A program made the position numbers and the translations under genes. A DNA stretch of 64,000 nucleotides from Basidiobolus meristosporus CBS 931.73 (Eukaryota > Fungi > Basidiobolomycota): contig MCFE01000079.1 of assembly GCA_002104905.1 (NCBI GenBank), positions 116,379 to 180,378 of the forward strand. The letters are read 5' to 3'. Position 1 is the stretch's first letter. Every line of letters begins with the position of its first letter. Below are positions 36,421-48,750 of this stretch, piece by piece. The notes beneath the pieces are model-generated. The model made no database searches, was not told where the DNA came from, and saw only the letters and a list, made by a program, of their open reading frames with translations.

Positions 36421-37473
36421 ATGTGCCAAATTCCAAAGACTCAAAAAGCCGCTGTCGTCGAATCTCACGAGAAACCCATTGAGATCAAGTCCATCTCTGT
36501 CCCCACCCCGGGTCCTGATGATGTACTTGTCAAGATCGAATATACCGGCGTCTGCCACAGTGACCTCCACATTGCTGAGGGTGACTTTCCTATTCCTCCG
36601 AAGCTTCCCTTGGTCGGTGGTCACGAAGGTACCGGTAAGGTTGTTGCGCTCGGTAGCAACGTCAAGGATCTCAAGATTGGTGACTCTGTCGGAGTTGTCT
36701 GTCTCTACTCCGCCTGCATGTCCTGCGAGTATTGCATTCAAGGCCGTGAAACTGTATGTCCCAAGCAAGAACTGGCTGGATACAGTGTCGATGGTACTTT
36801 CCAGGAATACTGCGTTGCTCGTGCTTCTCATTTGGCTCGTATCCCCGACAACCTACCCCTTGCTGACGCTGCTCCTATTCTTTGTGCTGGCATTACCGTC
36901 TACAAGGGCCTCAAAGAGACCGAAGTCCGTTCCGGCCAATTTGTCACCATTGTTGGAGCTGGAGGAGGTCTCGGCCATTTGGCTATCCAGTACGCCAAAG
37001 CTATGGGTTTGAAGGTTATTGCTCTTGATACTGGCGATGAGAAGAGGAAGCTTTGCGTTGAAGAGCTTGGAGCCGACTACTTTGTTGACTTCATGAAAGA
37101 AGATGTTGTTACTGCTGTTAAGGAGATTACCGGCGGAGGATCACATGGCGTCCTGGTCTTGTCCCCTGCTGAGAAACCTTTCCAACAAGCTATTAACTAC
37201 ACTCGTCGATGGGGAACTGTTGTTTGTATCGCCCTTCCCGCCGGAGTCAAGGGTTCTTTCCCAGTGTTTGATCTTGTCCTACAACGTTTGACCATTCGCG
37301 GATCTATTATTGGGACTCGTCAAGATTTGGCTGAAGCCCTAGAGTTTGCAGCCCGTGGTAAAGTGAAGAGTCATTACAAGATTATGAATCTAGAGGATAT
37401 TCCCAGAGTGTTTGAGGATATACATGCTGGCAAGGTTGCTGGCCGAGTCGTAGTTGACATGCACAATCATTAG
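36421..37473 (+). CDS. ADH: Zinc-dependent alcohol dehydrogenase (fungal ADH1-type), intronless
   Basis: GVCHSDLH, GGHEG.G.V, structural Zn cluster C.SCEYC.....TVC, APILCAGITVYKGLK, GAGGGLGHLAIQYAKAMG. Confidence 0.96.
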   Translation: MCQIPKTQKAAVVESHEKPIEIKSISVPTPGPDDVLVKIEYTGVCHSDLHIAEGDFPIPPKLPLVGGHEGTGKVVALGSNVKDLKIGDSVGVVCLYSACMSCEYCIQGRETVCPKQELAGYSVDGTFQEYCVARASHLARIPDNLPLADAAPILCAGITVYKGLKETEVRSGQFVTIVGAGGGLGHLAIQYAKAMGLKVIALDTGDEKRKLCVEELGADYFVDFMKEDVVTAVKEITGGGSHGVLVLSPAEKPFQQAINYTRRWGTVVCIALPAGVKGSFPVFDLVLQRLTIRGSIIGTRQDLAEALEFAARGKVKSHYKIMNLEDIPRVFEDIHAGKVAGRVVVDMHNH

Positions 37474-38482
37474 ATGTTCATAGAGAAAATGGAAAATTTT
37501 GTTTAATAGAGTCACTTAAGTAAATATCAATCAAGTCATTAATTGAAGTTTATGAATATAAGCGTATCACCAAATAGTCCCAGAGTTCACGTTTCATAAT
37601 TTGTGAGGATGTTGGCGGCTTGGCTTCATATACGAGTTTGGGAGTATTGGAAGTAATGTAGAGAAACAGAAGCATTCGTTATTCACATATACGCTGATTG
37701 AGAAAAATTGAACCACATACAGATGAACCTTATGTACGGAGGGCCTAAAGGAGCCATGTTCTATTTTATAAGTTCGAATTTGTGACAATTTGCATGACTT
37801 CCCCTACTCAAAGACCTAACTTCTTTATTGCACACTAGGTTGATAGTCAATTGTACAGTGCTTGCAATACCTAGAATACGTAATTGATGGAGCCAGTGTA
37901 TCAAGGTCTATTCGTGAGTCAGCTTAATATTCATAGCCATAGATTCAAACTTGGATCTTACCACTTGGGTTCTGAGGGTGGCATTGATTACAAAACTACT
38001 TTAGGTATATATCATTGGTACATTTACATACTGTTTATTGGTCACACATATTTTGTGAGATAATATGCATAAACATGCTCAAAAAAATGATGTGCCCATG
38101 GAGGGCAAAAGTATTAGCATGAACCTGCTATGTATACCTATTGGTAGTGCCGAAAGTGGCATTAGGGCGATTTGAAATATTTGAGTAAAATGATTTCACT
38201 TGCAGATTTATTAAGTGTAAACTTGGTTTTATACTTTTGAGAATAGTGATGATATGAGAAAGGCCTCAACAGCTAGTGCGCAATGTCTGAGGTCTCTCAG
38301 ACAAGTTAAGAACATTCTTAACTTTATGTGTTCTCACTGATTCCAAGAAGTAGTAATCCATATACATTAATATCATGCTAAAGCAGTGCTGTCATTGAGA
38401 TATATATATTGGGGTGATAAACCAATTACTTAGAGCGGGTTGCAATGTGCAATAGAATACAAGCACAGCATATCTAGGCTTA

Positions 38483-38783
38483 AGTTAGTGCATGTATAGT
38501 TTGAAATTTTTATTAGCGTAAGCTTAATCACTTTGATATTTCTTGGACATATTCTTTGTTGGGATTTGCTTGGAGAATTTTAAGGTTGTAAATACCTAAC
38601 ATCTTGGTGAGATATATCCCAAGATGTACAAAAGATACAGAACTTGCACATAGGTTCTAAAAACCTTTCTAAATATTTTGAGAATGTTGTAAAGCATAAT
38701 AATGGTCAATAAATCATTAAGTGAAACCACATAATCTACTAGCTTTCTCAACCGCTACCAATATTTCCAGAACCCTTGCGGCA
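38483..38783 (+). mobile_element. Highly decayed solo LTR of the Copia family found at 48-54 kb
   Basis: Shares caataaatcattaagtgaaaccacataatctact and tttgttgggatttgctt with the 349-bp LTRs; left boundary approximate. Confidence 0.55.
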
Positions 38784-39452
38784 TACATCACCATATGCCC
38801 TGTTAAAGTCAGCAAACTAACCAGTGCAGCTCTCGAATACAAGGGCCGGGAACTATACTGAAGCATATCGCCATACACACGATAGGTTCACAAAGAGTTA
38901 GTGTTGGATACTTGACATTGAGCTCTAGTACACGATTAAAATTATGGGGTGTTTCTGCATCCACCTTAGTAAAGCCAGTAGTGAGGATATTGTTACCAAC
39001 CAAATCGTGCCGGTAGTGGATGTTTTACTGCATATAATCAAGGAAATTGAATACAGGTCAGATGGCCTGAAGCTACCTCATGTTTATCTTAGATGCCCAA
39101 AGGTCTATATATACATCAGCATTATTATGTAATGGAAGAATAGAACTTAGTTAAACAAAACAAAATTTGTAAATTCTTGTGTTTGTTAGAAACGTAGGAG
39201 GCAAACCTAATTATTCCATTGTTCGAAATTGTGCTACAGTTTAGCTGTGAACGGGGATCTAGCAGAATATCACGGCCTTTTTGGGGTGAATATTAAGGTG
39301 ATTTGCGTGTTACCCACTTAATGCGAAATATATTTGACTGCAGCCACGATCTAGCTATTTGCAATATTTGCAATGCTCAGAATCGATATACATGTTGAAG
39401 GTTCTATGAGGTATGAGCTACCGTCGCAAAATGGTCAATATTTAGCTTTTAT

Positions 39453-39904
39453 TCATGGAAGAAATTCCTCAGGAGCAATGCTACTAGGGCTTTGTCCATT
39501 CACCTTTCTAAAGTCAATGGAGTAGGTGTTGTCGCTCACTGAGACTCGCTGGTAGCGGAGGCCATCCAACTTTCCTGCCTGGCGAAGGGCCTCCCAGTCC
39601 GCCCCGTTGACTCGAATCCATACACTGGTACCACAACAATTGAATTTGTAATCCCTGGTGATGACTCCACTGGAGAAGGTGATCAGGGCGCATCCTTGCT
39701 CGTAGAGCTGTGTCTGAACCGTTGCTGCACCAGCATTGACCGTCTTGATGCAATCCGGGGCATACGCGTCAAGAGGGTCCGACGTACCTGGCAGATCCAT
39801 GATGCTCACTGGATTTTGCACCTTCAGAACATCCTGCATCAACGGACGCGAGCCCAGGTGGCTGCAGAAGCAAGAGAAGCAAAGAGAAGAAAGTTGTATT
39901 TCAT
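39453..39904 (-). pseudogene. Secreted-protein tandem copy 1, 1-nt deletion after the signal peptide
   Basis: 452 nt versus 453 nt for the intact copy; acc ctg ggc becomes acc tgg gc; may be a sequencing error. Confidence 0.7.
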
Positions 39905-40520
39905 GGTGATGGTTTGTGGCAAAGTTGGGATGTATTTGTTGGGCTTATATAAATGCTATCGGACCAGGTGTTCTGTTGGCCCTGATTTCTATTGGATCTG
40001 TGTAGGGTGAAACAGAGCGAGACATGCAGATATTTGTATCTGGGGGAAAACGGATGTGATCAGCGGCTTACTTGTCTAACACAATTGGATCATTGCGAGG
40101 GATAGTTTTGAAGGGAGGGCTTATAGATGAGAATTACTTCTGTAAAAGCAGTTTACGTGTCGCTCAGGTAACATGTCATGATTTGCTATTACGACTACTA
40201 TGCCTATCACAGTCGTTTGCGTCAAATGTTCATTAGTTAGTTAGTTAGAATAATCGACTTGGTAATAGCTTTATTGTTCCAACGATATAACCAGCATTGG
40301 GTGTGCGCAACTGTTGTACTACCAAGGATTGTCGCGTTCAAGGATAATATAACGTGTATAACCAGTAATTCATCTTATTGATGCTTTTAACCAATACATC
40401 TACTGCATGCTGTTTTGAACAAGTACACTTGACGTTATTTAAGGAGATTCTGAGATATACATGCTAGAAGCTCTATGAAGTACGCGTTATTGTCACGAAA
40501 TGGTAAATATTTAGCTTTAT

Positions 40521-40971
40521 TCATGGGAGGAACTCCTCAGGAGCAATGCTACTAGGGCTTTGTCCATTCACCTTTCTAAAGTCAATGGAGTAGGTGTTGT
40601 CGCTCACTGAGACTCGCTGGTAGCGGAGGCCATCCAACTTCCTGCCTGGCGAAGGGCCTCCCAGTCTGCTCCATTGACTCGAATCCATACACTTGTACCA
40701 CAACAATTGAATTTGTAATCCTTGGTGATGACTCCACTGAGAAGGTGATCAGGGCGCATCCTTGCTCGTAGAGCTGCGTCTGAACCGTTGCTGCACCAGC
40801 ATTGACCGTCTTGATGCAATCCGGGGCATACGCGTCAAGAGGGTCCGACGTACCTGGCAGATCCATGATGCTCACTGGATTTTGCACCTTCAGAACATCC
40901 TTCATCAACGGACGCACGCCCATGGTGGCTGCGGAAGCAAGAGAAGCAAAGAGAAGAATGCTGTACTTCAT
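40521..40971 (-). pseudogene. Secreted-protein tandem copy 2, two 1-nt deletions
   Basis: 451 nt; single bases missing in short runs (+ strand ctgga>ctga, actttcc>acttcc). Confidence 0.7.
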
Positions 40972-41637
40972 GGTGATGGTTGTAGCAAAACTGGGAGTGT
41001 TTGTTGGGCTTAAATAGAAGCTAGTGTTCTGGAATGACCTCATAGTCTTGCTCAGTCCAAGTGCCCTGATTTCTCGATTTAGTTCTCGCCCCCTATATAC
41101 ATAGGCGTAACTGTGTGGGATGAAACAGAACGAGACATACAAATATCTGTATTCGGTTGAGAATGGAAATGATCGGCCGCTTAGTTGGCCAACACAATTG
41201 GATCATTATAAAGGATTGTGCTACAGGATATCTTTGAATGGGGGAACTTGTAGACAACCATTGCCTCTGTTTGAGTTGACATTGAACGCGGTTACGTGTT
41301 GCTCAGCTAAAAGTGGCCATGAATTCGCTATTACGATCAACGTGAATATCCAGCTGTTTGCGTGAAACTTGTTGTTCTTTACATTGTTCCATTACAGTCC
41401 AATGTAACGAAGATATATTCAGCATTGAATGTGTGCAGCTGTTATGCTACCAAGTATTGTCACATTCAAGGATGATGCAACGTGTATAACCAGCAATTAC
41501 TTCCATTGCTACATCCACTGCATACTGTTTCAGAGCACATGCGCTTCACATTGTTTAGGATGATTCTAAGATACACTATGCTAGTAGCTCTATGATATAT
41601 GCCCATTGTTACATAAAAGACAATATTAAGCTTTTAT

Positions 41638-42090
41638 TCATGGAAGAAATTCCTCAGGAGCAATGCTACTAGGGCTTTGTCCATTCACCTTTCTAAAGTC
41701 AATGGAGTAGGTGTTGTCGCTGACTGAGACTCGCTGGTAGCGGAGACCATCCAACTTTCCTGCCTGGCGAAGGGTCTCCCAGTCCGCCCCGTTGACTCGA
41801 ATCCATACACTTGTACCACAACAATTGAATTTGTAATCCCTGGTGATGACTCCACTGGAGAAGGTGATCAGGGCACAGCCTTGCTCGTAGAGCTGCGTTT
41901 GAACCGTTGCTGCACCAGCATTGACCGTCTTGATGCAATCCGGGGCATACGCGTCAAGAGGGTCCGACGTACCTGGCAGATCCATGATGCTCACTGGATT
42001 TTGCACCTTCAGAACATCCTTCATCAACGGACGCGAGCCCAGGGTGGTCGCGGAAGCAAGAGAAGCAAAGAGAAGAAAGTTATATTTCAT
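41638..42090 (-). CDS. Small secreted protein of unknown family (150 aa, 4 Cys), intact copy 3
   Basis: MKYNFLLFASLASA signal peptide; open frame to IAPEEFLP-stop; TATTTAA box upstream in copies 2-4. Confidence 0.85.
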   Translation of the reverse strand: MKYNFLLFASLASATTLGSRPLMKDVLKVQNPVSIMDLPGTSDPLDAYAPDCIKTVNAGAATVQTQLYEQGCALITFSSGVITRDYKFNCCGTSVWIRVNGADWETLRQAGKLDGLRYQRVSVSDNTYSIDFRKVNGQSPSSIAPEEFLP

Positions 42091-42857
42091 GATGATGGTT
42101 TGTAGCAAAAGTCGGTGTGCTCGTTGGGCTTAAATAGAAGCCGGTGTTCTGTAATGACCTCATAGTCTTGCTCAGTCCAAGTGCCCCGATTTCTCGATTT
42201 AGTTCTCACCCCCTACATACATTGGCGTAACTGTGTGGGATGAAACAGAACGAGACATACAAATATTTGTGTTCGGTGGAGAATGGAAGTGATCGGACTA
42301 CTTACTTGGCCAACTCAATTGGACTATAATAAGGGATTGTACTACATGCTAGCTTTGAATGGGGTACTTTTAGATTATCACAGTCAGCGCTTGTTGTGGC
42401 TTAGCACTTGCTTGAGATAACATTGATGTTACCGCTTTACTATTCATGCGCGTTGCACGGTAGTGAAATTTTTGTGAATATAGTGACGATACCACTTGTG
42501 TGTATTATAGCTGTTAGTACAGTGGAAGCGCGCAACCTGGCCCTGTGTATGGGAGACAAATGCTGAGTTTATTGCAGTTCGATGCTGTATATAGCTATGC
42601 TAATAAATTTCATTCATCGGAGGGGTGTACATGGTTAGTGTTTTTAAGGTTAACTGTTACACAATCTTTGCTCCTCCAAAGCAGCAAGGTAAGGTACTAG
42701 CCTTCCGTCCCTTAGATGCCTTCTGGCTATACCGCTCGTAAATACTGTTTTTTAAACTTAGCTTTTTCATTAAATAGATACCTTGCGATCCATCATTATA
42801 CTATACGGCATTCAACTCTAGCCGTGATATTTAGAAGCTGAGGTAAGTCACCTTTAT

Positions 42858-43311
42858 TCATGGAAGAAATTCCTCAGGAGCAATGTTACTGGGGCTTTGT
42901 CCATCCACCTTTCTAAAGTCAATGGAGTAGGTGTTGTCGCTGACTGAGACTCGCTGGTAGCGAAGGCCATCCAACTTTCCTGCCTGGCGAAGGGTCTCCC
43001 AGTCCGCCCCGTTGACTCGAATCCATACACTTGTACCACAACAATTGAATTTGTAATCCCTGGTGATGACTCCACTAGAGAAGGTGATCAGGGCACAGCC
43101 TTGCTCGTAGAGCTGCGTCTTGAACCGTTGCTGCACCAGCATTGACCGTCTTGATGCAATCCGGGGCATACGCGTCAAGAGGGTCCGACGTACGTGGCAG
43201 ATCCATGATGCTCACTGGATTTTGCACCTTCAGAACATCCTGCATCAACGGACGCGAGCCCAGGGTGGTCGCGGAAGCAAGAGAAGCAAAGAGAAGAATG
43301 ATGTACTTCAT
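42858..43311 (-). pseudogene. Secreted-protein tandem copy 4, 1-nt insertion
   Basis: 454 nt; extra base at + strand gcgtcttgaacc. Confidence 0.7.
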
Positions 43312-44389
43312 GGTGACGGTTTGTGGCAAATCTGGGTGTCTTCATTGGGCTTAAATAGATACCAGTGTTCTGCTATGACCTCAGATTTTGCTTGGGCTAT
43401 GGGACCAACTGCCCTGTTTGCCTCGATTTCTTAGGATCGGTGTCAGATAGAACAAAATGGAAATGATCGCCTGCTTACTTGGGGAATAAATATTACTTTT
43501 ACATATAAACTGTATATTATAGCCACTCGCACACTTGAAGTACCCGGCTTGACCCCTGGATATGTGGCTTACGTGCTGAGATTAGCATGGCTCAATGATT
43601 TCATATTTTATATAAGCAATCGTCAAACTGGATTTTGCATTTCAAAACACCTCAATCAAAGGGACTACAGACTTAGAGGGTGAAGCAAGGGAACCAAAGT
43701 ATAGGAAGCTACTTTCCGAGCTACAGTTCTGTTGCATAGTCAGATGGGCATATTACACTTAAATAAAAGCTACTAGACCAAGTGTTCAGCTAAGACCTCT
43801 TGATCAAGTGCACAATATCTCTTTGATCTTCCATTTACAAGAGTTCAAAAGTCAAAATGGAAGTAGAATGAGTCGTAGAATATATTTGTAAATTATCAGA
43901 AATTAGAGCATTTGAAGGGAACTACAATCAAGCAGCACTGCTACTAGCTGGATTCCAGTATTAGGTACATAAGAACTTACATACATCCTGGGCCAGTGCT
44001 ACACTAGATGAATTTCATTGTGGAGGGAAATGCATTGGTTTGGCAAATGCTAATCTTGCTAATTAGGTACAGGCACTAAAGCTAAAGAGAACAGGCCATT
44101 CAAGAGCTCTAAAATTTTGTAAGTGTTGATTTTCAAACTCTGTTACACTGAATGAATTCAGTACAAATTGCACAAGCCATAATATGATAAAAAAATCCAT
44201 GACCAATGAAAATTTTCTGCAACCTAATTGCTTTCACCAGATATAAACCGCATGCCAAAGCTCAACATATACTATAGCTATAATAGAATTTCAATTTGAC
44301 ACCATAGTAACTACTACTTGTGTTCCATTTGCACATGTATCCTGTGGGAATTTAAAAACTTAGCCATGTAGTACAAAAGTGCAATGATT

Positions 44390-45005
44390 TTTCATCATGC
44401 TAGTTTTACATGAGTTCTTAATGCACTTTTATAGTGCATGGTAACCATGCCCCAATAGAGTTTAAGGACACCCACTTGCTACATCTACTTATGCCTAGCA
44501 GGAGTCATCAATCAAAATCCACTTGGTACTAAAATACTTTTATTTTTCATCATGCTAGATTTACATGAATTCTTAACACATATTTATTGTGCATGATAAC
44601 CATACCCAACAGGTTTTAAGGATACCTACTTGCTACATTTACTTCTGCATAGCAGAAGTCATCATATATTAGTGGCACAGAACTAAAATGCTTTTAGTTT
44701 TCATCATGCTAGTTTTAAATGGATTCATGAAGCACTTTTATTGTATGCAGCAGTTACACCCCAACAGGTGTTATGGACACTCACTTGCTACACTTACTTG
44801 CATCCATTGGGGGCCATTAATAATCAGCTATGCAGTAATAAAATGCTTTTATTTCTCATCACAATAGTTTTACCTGGATTCACAAAAAACTGTACTCATC
44901 CATGGCAACAATGCCCTCAGAGAGTATTGTGGATGCTTACTCTACATACTCACTTGTGTAGTGTAGAAACTATCAACAAATGGCTATGTGGGAATAAACT
45001 ATTGT
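44390..45005. repeat. Degenerate ~155-bp tandem repeat, about 4 units
   Basis: ttcatcatgctagttttac... recurs at 44391, 44546, 44700 and ~44855, with internal cacttgctaca and ccaacagg blocks. Confidence 0.8.
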
Positions 45006-46447
45006 AAAAAGCATTGCTTTGCAGTTAGCATGTACAGATGTGCAAAAAATGGTACAATATGAGTTATTGAGTGACCATGTACATTAGTTGGTTCCAAGAT
45101 ATTCCCAGATAATATCCTCAAAATCAATATTAACTTCATTAGCTTGCTCTTTGACTACTAGTCCATAGCACTCAATGTATGGTGGCCTTGCTTTTGTCCA
45201 GCCATCGCAGATTGAAACCATAGTCCAGTCACAAGAGAGGCAAAAGTGAAATGTGACAAAGTAAGTGTATATGAAAGTAATATAAATCTATAAGACAGAA
45301 GAGAACAACCAGCAACCCCATCAAGTACAGCACCAACACAGTAAATAAACAAGCCATGAGGGGAAAGCTTCACAACTGTTACTTGGGGATTGACACCAAA
45401 AGAGGAAGCCACCTCTACCATAACAGCTCTTGTGCTCCAAAGGAGGACCAATAGTCTACTATAGACAAGGATTGTGGCAAGAATAGTAGTACAATTACCA
45501 ATTCTGGTTGTGGTACCTATAGAAGTCCCAAATACCTGGAGAAAACTTGGAAAAACATGGCAGATGACTCAGTTGTCCTGAGGAGAAAACAAACCAATGC
45601 AATTGAGCAGTTCCAAAAAGAAACTTCAGCTTAGCAATTCTTTACTGCACTATGTACTCCAAGTGGCTTATTTGGATCATTAGTCTATGAAGGAGAATTA
45701 GGCAGAGAAAGATAAGTTAAACAATAGTCAACTGCATCACTTCTCAGATCAGGTAGCAAAGCAGTTGCACAGACAAGAGACAGAGCAATAATCAATGATA
45801 CAGAAACCAAATAACTTTGCCAATGTTGTTTGCACTTGAATAGAATCACAGGGTATTAATAAAAACAGAATATGAATATTTTATAATGTGTACATCAAGT
45901 GATTCAAGTACTGGCTAGATGGATGCAACATAGAGGCAAGAAGCTTAGTAACCTTAAAGGGAAAGATACTTGGAATGAACCATCAACATCATCCAGATGA
46001 ATATAAAGTGGAGAAAGTAAACATAATTCCTCATCAAACAAGAAGCATGGAAGAAGGTAGTAGCTGGGTAGATGCCAGGAGTGAAGGTAGAGATTAAAGA
46101 GAGCAAGGAAGGGGACAAGAACCTGGAGGAGGATGCAGAAGCTGGCACTGTGGTAGTGTAAGCATACCTCCTACTGATAAGTTTATATACATAGCTATTA
46201 TGGTGCACTTATCCAAACTTTATCTTATTACTATTATCCCATTCTTCTTTGCCCAGATTATTAGCATTATCTGCATATAATGTGCACCCTGATTAGTTAT
46301 TAGCATTAGTTATCCCAGATATTGTTGAATTTTGGTAACAATTTGTGTATTTAGATAAGGCAGGTACAAGCATCAGTACCTGCAAAACATGTCCCAAGTC
46401 TGTATTACTATCCCTACCATTTCAATACCATATATGGTTTATCTATA

Positions 46448-47640
46448 TTACATTGGTTTCAGACTACTGATCTCTGATTTTTTAGATGTTCTGTGTCTCT
46501 TAGAGCTGTTTAGGACCTTCTAGGAGTATCTTTAGCTCATATTGATGTCATCAACAGTGCCACTGAAGCTTGGAATCTTCTAGAACCATGGCATTAGTAA
46601 TCACTTTGCAATCAGGAAGAGTATTTAAGTGAGTCAATCCCTCATCAACAAATTATCACTCCTATCAGTAATACTTTCCCCTTACTAATCAGCAATCAAT
46701 CACTGCACCTACCTTCAACATTTACACCTCAGACCTGCCATCAGGGAGCGTTTCAGGGTAATGCACAAGACACACAAAGGCCTTTGGGGACACTTGGAGC
46801 ACCTTTGAACCAAGAGAAGCAGGAACTTATACTATAGTGACATATTGACAAAGACATCAGCAGTTTAGACCCAGAGGCTATTGCACCCATCAGACACCTC
46901 ACACACCTTGAGTTGTGTAGCTTCTCCCAGGAGTATCTCTACACTACCACAGCATGGAAAAGGAAGAGGGTAAGGAAGTGGCCAAATCCAAGAGGAGTGT
47001 GGAGGAAGTCTTGCAGCAAACAAAAGTGATACTGAGCAAGTTGCTGCAATCACTACCTGGTGGTCAGTCAGCCATGTTTCTAAAGTGTGGTCAGAGGCTT
47101 AATAAGAGCTTCCAGAAGATGGGACAGCCTTGTGCCCTGAGGTATTGCAATATATGTGCCAGGAGATTAAACAGAGGAGGGGTGATATTGTAAAGCTAAA
47201 TTGGGAAAATGCTGGACTTCAAGCCCAAATTGATTTCAGTATCCACCATTCTACTGAGGCATGAGTAGCTCACATAGTGGAAAAGTTTGCCAGCATCAGG
47301 GCAAGCAATGAGCAGGGTGCATCATCAGACTCAGGTGTACTTGCTAGCAACATTATTGGAGGGGATACTATTTCCTCCCTTGAGCTTACCACAAGCCAAG
47401 AGATAAGAGCAGAATCCTCCTCAGCAATTCAGAATGTCCTCCACATAAGAAGATATGGATTTGTGCAAGGAAGACATGGAGAAGCAGAGTGGGTATACTA
47501 TAGGCCAACAAGAACCTGCAATGGAGGTAGAGAGACTAGTCATATTGTCATAAAAATACCACAGATTGATTCATTGCTGTCACTTCCACCATCATTGCTA
47601 TCTTGGCCCCTATCACCACCACCATCCTCTAGCTAACTTG
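46448..47640 (+). mobile_element. Possible decayed LTR retrotransposon 5' junction and gag relic
   Basis: TTACA followed by TGGTTTCAGA (resembles tRNA-Met PBS TGGTATCAGA), then MALVITLQSGRVF (LRSGR-like gag start after CpG decay); region CpG-free with many stops. Confidence 0.3.
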
Positions 47641-48172
47641 AGTAAATATAGAATCCTCACCATCCCAAATCAGTATACTGACAAGTAATAACTTGAACTG
47701 ATAAGATTGACATTCTAGTGTTGATAGCAAAGGAATACAATTTGGACTTCTGGTGTCTTATATATCAAACCACAAGGTAACTTGACAATGACAAATTGTT
47801 TTTTATCAAAGTTCATTCTGTCCTTGAGAGACAAATTCTAGACTTTTTTCAGTTGATTGACTTTTGGTAAAGTAAACAACTCAGGACAGATAGCCCAAAT
47901 GGTTATTTCCAAGGTTATTTTGACAAAGCTGGTCTCATCAGTGTCCAAACTTTATATACATCTCCACCTTTACTCACTTAGAGCTGCAGTTGCCATATTC
48001 CTTTATGCCCTGCTATATCCAAGCAAAAAGTGTAATAAAACTCTTGAATGATTTAACTGAACCAAGGTGAAAACTAAGTGCAGAATCTTAGAATTGTCAT
48101 GTGTGACAGAAATATTAGCAGAGAGGTTTGGGTCTATTATTGGTCTTGTACATTGCTGAGTTGGGCAATAAA

Positions 48173-48521
48173 TGTTGTAAAAATTTGTATTTCCACCTAA
48201 ATATTCACCTAACTTAGTCACTTAGATCATTACCTTCAAATCCTAGAGAATACTGACCAAATTCCTTGTCGCAATTTACTTAGAATATTTTCACCAAAAT
48301 ACCAGGTACCCAGAACATGAAAATTCTCAAAGTTGTCCAAACAGCCCCAAACTTTGCACACATGTTCTTGGGACCTTCCTTAACCTATTCTACGTGTTTG
48401 TAATGCCAAGACCAGGTAAAAGTATAAATACCACTTTTACATTCAATAAATCATTAAGTGAAAACCACATAATCTACTTGTTCTCCAAATCACTTCCAAT
48501 ATCTCCAAGACTCTTACAACA
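48173..48521 (+). mobile_element. Copia-family LTR (349 bp), opposite orientation to the adjacent element
   Basis: TGTTGTAA...TTACAACA inverted termini, PPT-like gctgagttggg upstream, clear similarity to the other LTRs. Confidence 0.85.
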
Positions 48522-48750
48522 ATAAAGGCAACAGAGTTAATCTACTATGCAGGCTAGGCTTGGTGTTCTTAAGAGTGCCAGATATGCCAGGCTTGGGTAG
48601 AAACCAGAATGGAATTGTTAAATTCTTAATTTGGCTAAGACACACACTAAACCAATAGGCTCTGTAAACTTCATTTATACTTTTCTGATCAAGTTGAATT
48701 GGTAAGCACCAAGTGACTGGACTAATTGGAATCTGTTGGGGTGTTCATAG

